Part shown: positions 28,537 through 41,107 of the stretch, piece after piece
How positions within the stretch are numbered: position 1 is the stretch's first letter
Layout: each line of letters starts with the position of its first letter
From: Octopus vulgaris
Lineage: Eukaryota
Length of the DNA: 64,000 nucleotides
Direction of reading: 5' to 3'
Assembly: GCA_951406725.2 (NCBI GenBank)
Contig: OX597824.1
Span: forward strand, 69,006,001-69,070,000
Program-made: the position numbers and the translations under genes
Notes under the pieces: generated by a model
The model's input: the letters and a program-made list of their open reading frames with translations, nothing else
Database searches by the model: none
Told to the model about the DNA's origin: nothing

Positions 28537-28758
28537 CTGTACTTGTCTCCCTAACATTGCTTGACAGCCGATGGTGGTGTGTTTACGTCCCCATGGTGGT
28601 GTGATTAGCGGTTCGGCAAAAGAGACCGAAAGAATAAGTACTGGGCTTACAAAAGAATAAGTCCCGGGGGTCGATTTGCTCGATTAAAAGGCGGTGCTCC
28701 AGCATGGCCACAGTCAAATGATTGAAACGAGTAAAAGAGTAAAAAAAGAGTAAAAGAG
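28461..28758 (+). mobile_element. SINE family A copy, 5'-truncated
   Basis: GTGAGTGGATTTGATAGACGGAAACTGAAAGAAGCCCGTCG...GAGTAAAA tail repeats. Confidence 0.85.
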
Positions 28759-28829
28759 AGATGTCACTAACTTTCGTGGAAGAAATTTGCGTATAGAGTG
28801 TATTTTGTATCTAGTGTGTATTTTGTGTG

Positions 28830-29680
28830 TAAGCGCTTTCGTAGTTCAACTTTTTTAACACTCGTTTTCAGTCTAATGCGCATAGAGTCAGTTAAATTAG
28901 TGGTGGTGTTGACTATTTTAGCCTTTATTTTGTAAAAAGAGAATATTTTGGATTTTTCATATTACATGAAACATTTCTAAGAAATGAATCTAGTTTATAT
29001 TGGGTGTATTATTTTGAGAATAAAGTCGCCACATCCTTCGTTTTTCGGCTTTGAAAGCAGGAGGTTTGGACATTTTTACAGTTAGTACCAATTTGAAAAT
29101 CACTATGTCTACACGTTTTAACATTTCTAAGAGATGAATCTTTAATTTGTTGTTAAGTCACGTTACATGACTGGTTAGTTTTGTTCCTGTTTCTCCAATG
29201 TAATTCTCATTGCATTGTGAGCATGTGGTGTGGTGTAGTAGATCAGACATTTTATTTTGCATTTCATGTTTGCATTCACATTCAATTCCTTCTCATTCTT
29301 GAATCTTTTAGTTGTTTCTTCTTCAAGTACTCCACATTTTGTTACCTGGATTCTTTCTTTCTCCAAGGTGAATCTCGCTTTAGTTAGGGTTCTCTTGAGA
29401 CTTGGCGGTTGTCTTCGACTGTTGATGATTTGTGATTTTAAAAATTATTTGTCGGAGATTTGTTGACTGATATAAAATTGAGAGGTATCGTTGGCTGAAT
29501 GTAGTATGTTGTGATTCCTGGGATTATGAGCGACAACAAAGAGAACAGTTATATTTGTGTTTGTTTTCAAACGCAGTAGTTAGAGTGTTTCTCCGTAAAG
29601 CAGAAATCAGGATTTCTTTTGCTTTGATTATGGTTTAGGAAGCCCGTGATCTATGATGAAACACGGAAGCAATCTGCACA
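28830..29680 (-). mobile_element. Penelope-like element ORF remnant (RT thumb/linker + GIY-YIG endonuclease)
   Basis: Minus-strand fragments LFVVAHNPRN..., INSRRQPPSLKRTLTKARF, VTKCG, NMKCKIKCLIY and TCSQCNENYIGETGTKL give the GIY-YIG signature with the Penelope zinc linker. The ORF is frameshifted. Confidence 0.85.
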
Positions 29681-29799
29681 ACAGTTTTAAAATTTTGAAA
29701 TGTAGCTCTTCACCAGTGTAGCAAAACTTATCTCCTTTCTGAGTGAAATAAAATTCACATCTTTTCGTCGGTCTAAAAGCAAATAAATAAAATTATCAA

Positions 29800-30157
29800 G
29801 CGCAGGAGTGGCTGTGTGGTAAGTAGCTTGTTTACCAACCACATGGTTCCGGGTTCAGTCCCACTGCGTGGCACCTTGGGCAAGTGTCTTCTACTATAGC
29901 CCGTTGTATATATGTATATATATATATGCGTGTGTGTTTGTGTATGTGTTTGTCCCCCTAGTATTGCTTGACAACCGATGCTAGTGTGTTTATGTCCCCG
30001 TTACTTAGCGGTTCGGCAAAAGAGAACGATAGAATAAGTACTGGGCTTACAAAAAGAATAAGTCCCGGGGTCGAGTTGCTCGATTAAAGGCGGTGCTCCA
30101 GCATGGCCGCAGTCAAATGACTGACACAAGTAAATGAGTAAATGAGTAAATGAGTAA
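29800..30157 (+). mobile_element. SINE family A copy with internal deletion
   Basis: Full head GCGCAGGAGTGGCTGTGTGGTAAG...GGGTTCAGTCC, followed by a (GAGTAAAT)n tail. Confidence 0.9.
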
Positions 30158-31370
30158 ATATATTAAAGATGCATGTATTTACTTAATTATTTTATTGCGC
30201 TAAAACTAGTTTGTATTGGGTGTGTTTTGAGGATAATGCCGCTACATCATTCATTTTTCGGCTTTGAACGCAGGAGGTTTGGACATTTTTGCAGTTATTA
30301 TTAATTAGAAAACCAGCATGTCTGCACGTTTTAAGAGACAAAATGCACCATTAACAAGACCATAGTTGAATATGCATACCTTTAAAGTTTATTTGCTTTT
30401 ATACAGTCCTTAGAAACCAGGACCATGTCATCAAACAGCTGATAAAGTGAAAATACAGATAATTTTGGAGAACGCTTTTTCTCACCCCGTAGTCACCAAC
30501 TTTTTTCTATTGATTGTAAAGATAACACATCTAAAACTCAACTCGTTCTTCAAGCTGTGGAGACTGCAGTAGAGTTTACATTGATAAACTACTTGTTGAG
30601 CGAGGCCTTCTTGAAACGTCTAAAATTGCAATGATGATCAAAGTGCAAAACAGCAGAGCATCATAGCTCTACAATCTCACAACGTAATAATAACAAGTTA
30701 TCAGTTCTAACTCAACGCCCAAGTCCATAACATGAAGCTCATCTGTCATCTACAACAGATAAATAAAATTATAAATATACAGCATTAACTTCTAATTTCT
30801 ACATTGTAATATTAAATGACATTCTAAAATATATAATTCAGTTTTATACAGTTACATGGAACCAGAGCCGTGATCTCTCATTACGGAGAAGTATCAGCTC
30901 TACCTGGACAGACTCTCTGATCGGCAAACTACGCACGTTCTAATCGTTTGCTCTGTACTAATGTCATGTGGTTTGAATACAAGAAAAAAGAATCGGAGAT
31001 GGGTACATCAAGCAGAGCCGACCGACAGGAGACCTAGGGTTACAGCGAGAACAAGATGGTTGATTAATGTCCATCATCTCAGCTGGTCATAACTGGGAAT
31101 CTAGCCAGAAAGTCTAATGATTGTTGCTTCTCATAAGACCCTTAACAAGGAAGTGTTTGAGAATTCTATTTCCAAGACATCCCTAAGAATAGTGGACGGT
31201 GGATGGATAATTTGTTATATGGTATTTTTAATATTTTCTTTAATTTCGTTTCGGTTTATCATGTTAAGTGTATATATTACCAACACCATATGGGAACTGT
31301 ATATTAAGTGCTACCATTCCCTAATTCGGACAATCGACTGCTCCCTATTTGAACAATTAAGGAAGTGATA

Positions 31371-31426
<56 letters not shown>

Positions 31427-31595
31427 ATTTCTCTCTTTTTCTTTGCACATATTTAAATACAAATACATACGCACACACATTATCTATTTATCTATCTACC
31501 TATACATATATGTGTGTGTGTGTGTTTGCATATACATACAGACACATACACACACATTTGTAAGAAAGAGAGAGAATGAAAGTGTGTGTTTGTGT

Positions 31596-31645
<50 letters not shown>

Positions 31646-32151
31646 AAACGGTGCTCCCTCTACTGGCAAAGGTGAAACTAGAAAACATTTTCGTAATGAC
31701 TAACGTTCTCAAAAAAGTTTCTTACTGGGCAAATGAACACATTATATATATACACATATATATATTCGCATATGTATATGTGTGTATGTATGTATGTATG
31801 TATGTATGTATGTATGCATGTATGTATATATGTATGTATGTATCACCCCCCTCTCTCTCTCCCTCACTCTCTCTCTACACACACACACACTCACACACAT
31901 ACTCACATATTCACCCACAAGCGTATCCGATAGCAACTCACCCTCATTTACATTAATGGATGATTCACTTCTGAACAACAACAACAACAACGACAATCAT
32001 GACGACAACAACAACAACAACAACAGAAGAAGAAACCGCAACAGCAGCAGCAGCAGCAACAGCATAAAAGCAACAATAAACAAAGAGAATTACAAGAACA
32101 AGACAACAATCTGCTACCTTAAAAAAACAGAACGCTGTTGTTTCGTTGTTT

Positions 32152-32211
<60 letters not shown>

Positions 32212-32335
32212 CTGGGGAGGGGGTTGTGCTGTGGTTGGTGCGGTTGCTATTGTTTCTTTAAAGTTTTTCTGTTTGTTTAAACTGGCAGATTCTCTCTCTC
32301 ACCTCAACACACACATTTGCCAAACAAGGCAATGT

Positions 32336-32367
<32 letters not shown>

Positions 32368-32532
32368 GAGTGAGTGTGTTTGGGCGAGTGTCCGTGCATG
32401 TGGGTGTTTGTAGGTGTACGAAAGTGCATGTACTGATGCATGTGTGCTTTCTGAGTGTATGTATATGAGTGTATGTATATGAGTGCGTGTATGTGTGTGC
32501 TTATATCGTTAGGTGTATGCATGTATATTGGA

Positions 32533-32586
<54 letters not shown>

Positions 32587-33457
32587 ATGCATGTGTGCAT
32601 ATGTATACCTTTATGTATATATAACGTATGTGTATGTGTATGTATATATAATATTTGTGTATGTATATATAAAGTTTGTGTGTATGTCTTTCTCTTTCCT
32701 TCTCCGTTGGTCTCCCATTTTCTCTATATATACACACACACTCATGTATAAATGTGTATATCGGTGTATATCCGTATGTGTGTGTGTGTGTGTGTGTGTG
32801 TGAGTGTGTGTGTGCTTGCCTTTGTGTGTGTGTGTAGAGTGTCGATTGCCTGATATGCATATACATGTGTGTGTAAATCTGTGTGCGTTCGTGTGCATAA
32901 ACGTGTGTGTATGTGTGTGTGTGTGCGTGTGTGTGTGTGTATGTGTGTGTACTTTGGTTTTAGGTTACATTTCTGATTCAACTATTGCCTGTGTTCATGA
33001 TATTTTCTTGTTGTACGTGTGTATTACGACTTTTTAAAGGCGTATGTCTAGTTGCGTGTATATCTATATTTCAACGTTGTGTATGTGTATGTGTGCATAT
33101 GTGCGTCTCTCGGCGTATATTCTTGTTTATATATGTATGTTTCTACGTACGTACGTACGTGTGTATGTGTGTTCGTGTGTGGTACTTTGTTTTTTTTTTT
33201 GTTTCGTTTTGTTTTTCCAAGGGTTTCGTAATCAATGTATTAGCTTTGCTGCTAATGAATATTTAAACAAAAATTCTGTTGAAACTCTGATTTATAACTT
33301 GTTTTTCTTACCTGTTACTCATACATGCATGAAGCACACACACACGCTCACACACACACACGCTCACACACACACACAAACATACACACACACACAGAGA
33401 CACGTTCTCATCCTCTCTTTCCTTTCTTCTATATCGCAGTCAGTGCACGCTTATATA

Positions 33458-33514
<57 letters not shown>

Positions 33515-33566
33515 TATACACATATATATACAAACAACATATGTGCATGCACATAAACATACAAGC

Positions 33567-33606
<40 letters not shown>

Positions 33607-34169
33607 TGTGTTTGTGTGTATGTGTGTGAATATGCCGACACGCACATGTATACAAACACATACATGTAGATGAAATAATCATTTTCTCGCTTTCCTCTAA
33701 CTGAAGGTCTTCAATTTCATTCTCTTTCTGTACCAACTCATCAGTGTATCTGCGTATTTGTTTGTCTGCCTGCCTGTCTGTCTGTCTGTGTGTCCCTATT
33801 AATTCATGCACTCACATATATTCATTTCTAGATAAACACGTGTATGTGTGATTGTATCTGTATGTTTGTGAGCGCGTTTGTGTTTGCCCGAGTCTGCGTA
33901 TGTATACACACACACACACACACACACACACATACGTATGTATGTATGTATGTATGTATGTATGTATGTATGTATGTATGTATGTATGTATGTATATATA
34001 TACATACCTACATACATGTGTGTGTATATACTCGCATGCGTATGTGTGTGTGCGTGTAATTTAATGAGAAAAGTATGAGACCGTAATATATATTTAAATT
34101 TTAATAATTAAAATATATCAATTACAATATATGAAGATATCAATTACATGACAACCATGTCTACATTTA

Positions 34170-34207
34170 ATAATATTTCGAGTTAAAAACTCCTCATCGG
34201 ACAGAAC
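34170..34207 (-). ncRNA. Hammerhead-like motif (U4C core)
   Basis: Minus strand CCGAUGA-G-GAGUU-UUU-AACUC-GAAA-UAUUA. Stem II is perfect; stem I is not evident. Confidence 0.45.
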
Positions 34208-34364
34208 TGGTATTTAGAATAAGGTGCTTAGTAATTAATGAATTCTCCTGAAATTAACACCCGTTTTCAGACGCTTTTTTAGTGCACGCTTTCACGGAAT
34301 TCCGGTCGATCCAAGTGTTTACTTCAGTTTAGTAATTATTGTTTTATATTTTATCGAATGGTTA

Positions 34365-34600
34365 TGTTATAATTCCGACAAGAGCCGATCCTATAATCAT
34401 TGTTTCGTTACCCATAGCGGATGGTGCGTTGTGTTCTCGAGGAATACATTTCATTTTACATTGCTCCATTTCAATCAGCTGTAAATAAGTAACTTTGTGA
34501 TGGACTAGTTCCCCGTTCAAGTGGAGTACGGTGATCTCAGTCACACATACCCCATAGAGTCTGAGTAACCGACTGCATGAGCACTAACACTCGAGACAGT
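34365..34600 (+). mobile_element. Old CORE/V-type SINE (family D), decayed
   Basis: GTGCGTTGTGTTCTCGAGGAATACATTTCATTTTACATTGCTCC...CAGCTGTAAAT...GTGATGGACTAGTTCCCCGTTCAAG. Confidence 0.55.
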
Positions 34601-34949
34601 AATGTCCAAGGAGACTAACTTGTTACTTTTGTCAAAAACATAGAAACGAACCCTGATTCTGCATTCGTAACTTATGAAGCGTAACCACGCAGAAATGCAA
34701 GTGTCTTATGATCCGGTGATTTTACTCAAAGTTCTCAGATGGGTTTTCACCCACATTTCCTACCAGACTTTTCTCTCCTGTGACTGTGTAACGAGGCGAG
34801 ATGTCTTCCCAAGTCGAAGTGTACACAAACATGTTAAATATAATTGTAGACATATATTTCACTCAACGCTTTTTTATGTGCTTCTAGTTAATTAAATGTA
34901 GTTTGTCAGAATTTTCTGTACCGCAACCAATGTAAGTTTCCTTTTCTTG

Positions 34950-35232
34950 GGCGTGGCTGTGTGGTAAGAAACTTCCTTCCTAACTTCATGATTCCGGTTC
35001 CAGTTCCACTGCGTGGTACCTTGGGCAAGTGTCTTCTACTATAGCCTCGGGCTGACCAAAGCTTTATGGGGTGAATTTGGTAGACAGAGACTGAAAGAAG
35101 TTCATCGAAGCAGTTCGGAAAAATAGACCGATAGAATAAGTTCTGGGCTTACAAAGAATAAGCCCTGGAAGCGATTTCGTCGACTAAAAGGCAGTGCTCC
35201 AGCATGGTTGAAGTCAAATGACTGAAACAAGA
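34950..35232 (+). mobile_element. SINE family A copy lacking the internal microsatellite block
   Basis: Head and CORE-like part are joined directly to the GCAGTTCGG...GACCGATAGAATAAG 3' half. Confidence 0.8.
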
Positions 35233-35390
35233 ATATATATATATATATATATACACATATGTATATTATCTACGTGCGTGTTTGTGTCTGTATTTGGCCC
35301 ACACCATCACTTGACAACAGATGTTGGTGTGTTTACGTCCCTGTAACTTAGCGGTTCGGCGATAGACACCGATAGAATAAGTATAAAGAA

Positions 35391-35574
35391 TAACATTATT
35401 TGCATTATTTACATTTGAAGGATGTTTGTCCTCATCTTGTTTGTTATTAACACAACCATTTCGGCTGATATACCCTCCAGCCTTCATCAGGTGTCTTGGG
35501 GAAATTTAGAACCTGGTTTCTCATTCCTAAGGTATTTTTTGATTTTTTGATGTTGTATATTATTATTATTATTA

Positions 35575-35638
<64 letters not shown>

Positions 35639-35716
35639 TTACAGCCTGGAATCGAACTCGGAATCTTGGGTTTAGTGGCCCGCGCTCTTAACCACTCTGC
35701 CATATGCTCGTGGGCA
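35391..35716 (-). mobile_element. tRNA-headed SINE (family E) with an (AAT)n linker and a hammerhead-containing 3' module, nested in a family A fragment
   Basis: Minus strand: A box TGGCAGAGTGG (35702-35692), B box GAGTTCGATTCC (35659-35648), (AAT)n at 35634-35560, body with hammerhead at 35495-35449, and an (AATGTAAAT)-like tail. Confidence 0.8.
35449..35495 (-). ncRNA. Minimal type-I hammerhead ribozyme-like motif (canonical core)
   Basis: GACAC-CUGAUGA-A-GGCUG-GAGGGUAUAU-CAGCC-GAAA-UGGU-U-GUGUU. Stem I, core and stem II are intact; stem III is imperfect. Confidence 0.7.
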
Positions 35717-36123
35717 TACAGAACTGTATTACAAACACAAAAGTCCTGGGGTTGGTTTCTGCGATTAAAACCCTTTAAGTCGATGCTTCAGTATGGCCGC
35801 AGTCTAATGACTGAAACAAAGAACAAGATTATAAGAAGAGCCGATCTTACAGGGCTTCAATAAGTTCAGTATTCGTAGATGCTGAAACGAAATAGCATAG
35901 AAACGCACGCGTCCTACGATCCCGAGATGTCATCCATAGTGCAATGATAGGTTTCTGCGTATATTGTGTAGAACGAGAATTTTTGCTTGAAACTTTCTGC
36001 AGAGAAAAGTTTTTTCCTGGTTCAAGTGTACACGAATCTGTTAAATGTGATTGTTCATAGATAAATGTCATTTAGCAGTGCTTTCTACATCTCCAGTTAA
36101 TGTGTGTGTACGTGTAAGTGTGC

Positions 36124-36159
<36 letters not shown>

Positions 36160-36174
36160 GTATGTATACATATA

Positions 36175-36223
<49 letters not shown>

Positions 36224-36233
36224 ATATATATAT

Positions 36234-36367
36234 AGTAATTAAGGGTTTAGCAACGATGCTAAACCCTTAATTACTTAGTATTACTTAAACCTTCCTCGAA
36301 TGGGGCTTTTACATGCCGAAATATACTTGGTGAAATTAATGATTATTCCAAATTAATTAATTTCACC
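36234..36367. repeat. Double-hairpin element between (TA)n tracts
   Basis: Perfect 19-bp stem AGTAATTAAGGGTTTAGCA-acga-TGCTAAACCCTTAATTACT (36234-36275), plus a 12-bp stem GGTGAAATTAAT/ATTAATTTCACC (36329-36367). Confidence 0.85.
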
Positions 36368-36381
36368 CTATATTATTATTG

Positions 36382-36504
<123 letters not shown>

Positions 36505-36564
36505 CATATATATAAATACATATATACATACACACACACACACACATATATATATGTGTGTGTG

Positions 36565-36882
36565 TGGAGGCGCAATAGCCCAGTGGTTAGGGCAGAGGAC
36601 TCGCAGTTGTAGGATCGCGGTTTCGATTCCCAGACCGGGCGTTGTGAGAGTTTATTGAGCGAAAACACCTAAAGCTCCACGAGGCTCCGGCAGGGGTGGT
36701 GGCGATCCCTGCTGTACTCTTTCGCCACAACTTTCTCTCACTCTTTCTTCTGTTGGCCTGCTCGCTTAGCCAGTGGGGTGGCGTCATTTGAAGGCTAAAA
36801 CAATGCGAAGCGCATTGTGACCAGCGATGTGTAGCAACATCTGATAGCCTGGTCGGTCACGGTGATCACGGTGATCACGGTG

Positions 36883-36884
<2 letters not shown>
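36565..36884 (+). mobile_element. SINE family C, tail type 2 ending in (CACGGTGAT)3
   Basis: Head and body are nearly identical to 18340-18530 up to ACTCTTTCTTC, then an unrelated tail follows. Confidence 0.9.
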
Positions 36885-36944
<60 letters not shown>

Positions 36945-37043
36945 ATTAATAACATCAGGGTAATAAAGATTTTAGAAATATTTACTACCAGTGGACTAGC
37001 GTGTAGAAAAATTAGTCAATAAACTATATATTATTCATTTAAA

Positions 37044-37136
37044 TACAGTGTACGTTTAAAAATGCAAGAGGTGTCCGTCGTAGCGTGCCAGGAATCATAT
37101 GACGGATACCTCTTATGTGTTTAAATGTACACTGTA
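37044..37136. repeat. Imperfect inverted repeat, ~39-bp arms
   Basis: TACAGTGTACGTTTAAAAATGCAAGAGGTGTCCGTCGTA versus TATGACGGATACCTCTTATGTGTTTAAATGTACACTGTA. Confidence 0.8.
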
Positions 37137-37382
37137 TATATATATATATATATACTTTTTTCTTTTAAGTGTTTCAATTTTAAAGCTGTGGTCATGCTGG
37201 AGCTCCAGAGAGACAGACAAACAAACAGATAGATAGATATAGATATATGCATGTATATATGACACACACACACATACACACACATATATATAGGGGAATT
37301 CACACAAAAAACACAAAAGATGAGGACAGGTGGTGTAGACAACAAACAGATTTATTAGTTTAACGCTCGGGAAGTGAAGAAG

Positions 37383-37420
37383 TCTTTAACGTTTCGAGTC
37401 TATGCTCTTCCACAGAAAGA
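37383..37420 (-). ncRNA. Minimal hammerhead-like motif (A6U variant) in a short repeated element (37290-37465)
   Basis: UCUUU-CUGUGGA-A-GAG-CAUAGA-CUC-GAA-ACGU-U-AAAGA. Related copies at 51790-51945 and, truncated, at 9205-9280. Confidence 0.6.
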
Positions 37421-37529
37421 AACAAGGAGAGAAAATAAAGAATGTGTAGTGGTTAGCGAATTCTTTACTAGAAATATTATTTGTATCGTGAACCACGTAC
37501 TTTTATTCCTACAATAAAGTGGTATGCAC

Positions 37530-37608
<79 letters not shown>

Positions 37609-37684
37609 ACGACGACAATGACGACGACAACGAACACGATCGCAACAATCACGATGACACGGTGACAATCACGATGAACACGCC

Positions 37685-37727
<43 letters not shown>

Positions 37728-38390
37728 GTGATGATGGTGATGATGGTAATGATGATGACGACGATGATGATGATGATAACGACGACAATGACGACATCGA
37801 TGATGATGATGTTGATCATAATACAGACGACGATGACGACGATGATGATGACGATGATGATGATCATGATCATGATGATGATGATGATGGTGACAAGGAC
37901 AGCGAGACAACGACGACGACGACACCAACGACGGTGGTGGCAATGATTCCTTTATGGCATGGAGAATAATAGAAAACTATTACTGCACAATGCAAACCGG
38001 AAGCAAAATGTTTGTCGCTTTTTTTCTTAATATTTCGTGCTTTATTTCTCTGGTCAGTTCATTTTGCCATCGTTGTGATGCGCGACTGAACTCATTCACT
38101 TTCGGAAAGCAACCGTGGTGTAATCTTGTGAAGGAAACAAACAACTAACAAGAATGTCAAAAGTAAAACAAAACAAACATACCTTGTAGTTGCTGATGCA
38201 TATATATAGACACACACACACACACACATACACATGTATGTATATGTATGTTTACATGCATGTATGCATCTATGTATACATACATGCATTCATATATATA
38301 TATATATGAATATACATGCATACAAACATACACTTACACAGTTATTTTATGAGTGTGAGTGTGTGTGTGTATGTATGTATGTATGTATGC

Positions 38391-38439
<49 letters not shown>

Positions 38440-38500
38440 CACATGTATGTGTGTGTGTGCGTGAGTGTGTGTGTATGTGTGTATATGTATGTGTGTGTGC

Positions 38501-38535
<35 letters not shown>

Positions 38536-39737
38536 CGAGTGCGAATTGTATGCGTGTGTATGTATGTGTGTGTGCGTGTGTGCTTTTGTGTGCGTATATG
38601 TATATATTGAAAGGAAGAATATAATTGAATGAAAGACGAAGATTAATATAACTCGAAGACAAAAGCGTGAGAATGGTGAGGGAAAGGGGGTTGATTGCGG
38701 TATAAAATAGACAAAAAAAGTAAAAGACAGACCAAACAGAAGACGACGAAGAAAAAATAAAAGAAGAACGGTGTGGTGGAGGAGGATGAGGAGAAAGAGA
38801 AGGAGAAGGAAGAGAGGGTGAGGGGCGAGAAGAACTTGGCGAAGAGAAAGGGCGGGTGAGTTATGGCAGCTATCAGACTATATTCTACATAATTATATTC
38901 TTTCAGAATGATGTCTAGCACTTCTAACCACCAACCCGCCCCCTCAAAATCAAACTCCACTCAATAACTACACGCTTCTTCTCTTATTTCCTCTCCTTCT
39001 CTCCCATCTTTTCTTCCTGTTATGAAATCATCCAGTGGAACCAACCATTTCTTCCATGGACAATACATTTTGACCGCATTCAGTAAAGATTTGGGTGAAA
39101 AATGGTGATCGGTTTGCAATATTTTCGTGTTTTTGTTTTCTTCTTTACTTTTTCATTGTTTTGGCGCGTTATCAAAATTATCGTCTGCTCAGTCATTCAT
39201 TTCTTTACTCGCCCTCTTTCTTTTCCCTCTACGCTTTTCACTTTCCTTTGCTGCTTTCTCGCTCTTCATGTAATTTTCTTCTCTCTACTTTCACTTTCAT
39301 CCACTTGTGTGATTAAAATATTGTAGTATTATTTGTTGTAGCAAAGGTGTTGGAGTTAGTGAATAAGGTAAAAAGCCTGATTAAATAAACAAATTTATTT
39401 GTTTATTAGAAATTTATTCGTATATTTCAATATGTGAAAAAAAGGTCGTTCGTAGAGGTTTGAAACGGATGAGCCAATGATAGGTTCACTTTATGTAGGA
39501 TAAATGAAGTGAAAAAGGAGTGTCTATATCTCGGTCCTGAACAAAGATCAGAACATCAGCATGAACGTTGTTCGAAAAGCACCAACCCATTTTCGGTATG
39601 CTCAACGATGCTCAAAACACCAAAGAAATATACGCAAGTTATGCCTACTCCTAGGTTGTATTGTGGTAAGTATCCCCGCCTGTATGTGGGAGGGCAGAAG
39701 TCGATTCCCTGCCGGGCAGGCATTTCCGTTTCACGGA

Positions 39738-40115
39738 CGCAGGATTGGCTGTGTGGTAAGAAACTTGCTTCCCAACCACATCGGATAGGGATCACTCCCT
39801 CTGTGCAGCAACTTCGGCAAGTGTCTTCTATTTTTGTCTCAAGCTTTGTGAGAGGATCTGATAGACGGAAACTGAAAGAAGTTCGACGTGTGTGTATGTG
39901 TGTGTATGTGTTTCTCCCCCATTACTGCTTGACAACCGGTGTTGTGTTTATATGACTACATATATGCGGTTTGGCAAAAGGGGTGCAATCGAAGAAGTAC
40001 CAGGCTTAAGAAATAAATAAGTACTGGTGCTGATTCATTCAACTAAAAATTCTTCAAGGCAGTGTCCCAACATGGCCATGCCACAGTCTAATATGTGAAA
40101 CAAGTAAAAGGTAAA
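39738..40115 (+). mobile_element. SINE family A-related copy, decayed
   Basis: GCAGGATTGGCTGTGTGGTAAG...TAGACGGAAACTGAAAGAAG...AACATGGCC...GAAACAAGTAAAAG. Confidence 0.75.
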
Positions 40116-40509
40116 ACACACAAGATACATAAGAGATAAGATGTGAATTCATACATAAATACACACACAAGTAGAAGTACATACTTGCGTACATACATAC
40201 GTACGTACGTACATACATACGTACGTACGTACATACATACGTACGTACGTACATACATACGTACGTACGTACATACATACATACATACATACATACACAC
40301 ACACATACGTACATGCACCCATGCATACATACATGCATATATACAAGCATGCATACATACATACACACATTAAATAAATCCCGGTGCTAATCTGATACTT
40401 ATTTTATCGATCTATAAAGGATTAAAGGCAAAGTCGACTTCGGCAGAAATTAAACTCAATAAGAATTATGCACGGTATGCTAACGGTTCAGCCAGTCCAC
40501 CACCTTAGA

Positions 40510-41107
40510 AGCCATCTGAATTTTTAGAAAGAGGTAAATGGATGATGATGATTCAGGCCGGGTATCACAATGCCGACATCATGGATGCTGCTCAATCTTC
40601 TGCCACCACTATAAAGGCTGCAAGACAAAAAAATGGTCATGAAAACCAAGTGTGTCTCCATTGAGGGTGACTTCATGCTGACACACATCCTTGGACAGGA
40701 TCTTAGGCTCTCTCCAGACAACTATGTGAAGCTGCTGGAGACTGCGGTCAGTCCCTGCCTAGAAGGGGTTGCTACTGGATGGCCATATGTGCGACTGCAG
40801 AATTCGGCTCCTTGCTAGATTTCCAGAAACAGCCATAAGTAGTTGTTGGAGAATTTCTGGACAGAGTCCTCTCGACTGTAATGCAATGAATTACTGTGGA
40901 CTGGGCGTGGTTGACAAAGACAGCAACCGTTCTTCCTGCAACACCAAGGCCAACCTGTTGGCGAAGATCGAGGTGTTCGAAGTTCTCCCTTGGGACAGTG
41001 TGAGGAACGCATGCACCGGGTTCCAGAGCCGTGTTGGAAGCTGAGTGACCTGTTATCTTCCAGCCATAATCTAGTTGATATTTTTAGACTTTTTAAAGAC
41101 ATACTTC
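40510..41107 (+). mobile_element. Decayed DD37D/maT-like transposase fragment
   Basis: VMKTK..CVSIEGDFMLTHILGQDLRLSPDNYVKLLETAVSPCLEGVATGWPYVRLQNSAPC...SPLDCNAMNYCGLGVVDKDSN resembles maT 'WQQDSAPCH...SPDCNPLDY'. The 3' end abuts the mariner at 41108. Confidence 0.75.

Noticed and set aside
35640-35710. Genuine tRNA gene (also the heads at 18340, 36565 and 48892)
   Set aside because: A and B boxes are present, but there is no proper acceptor stem or T-run terminator and the sequences continue into SINE bodies.
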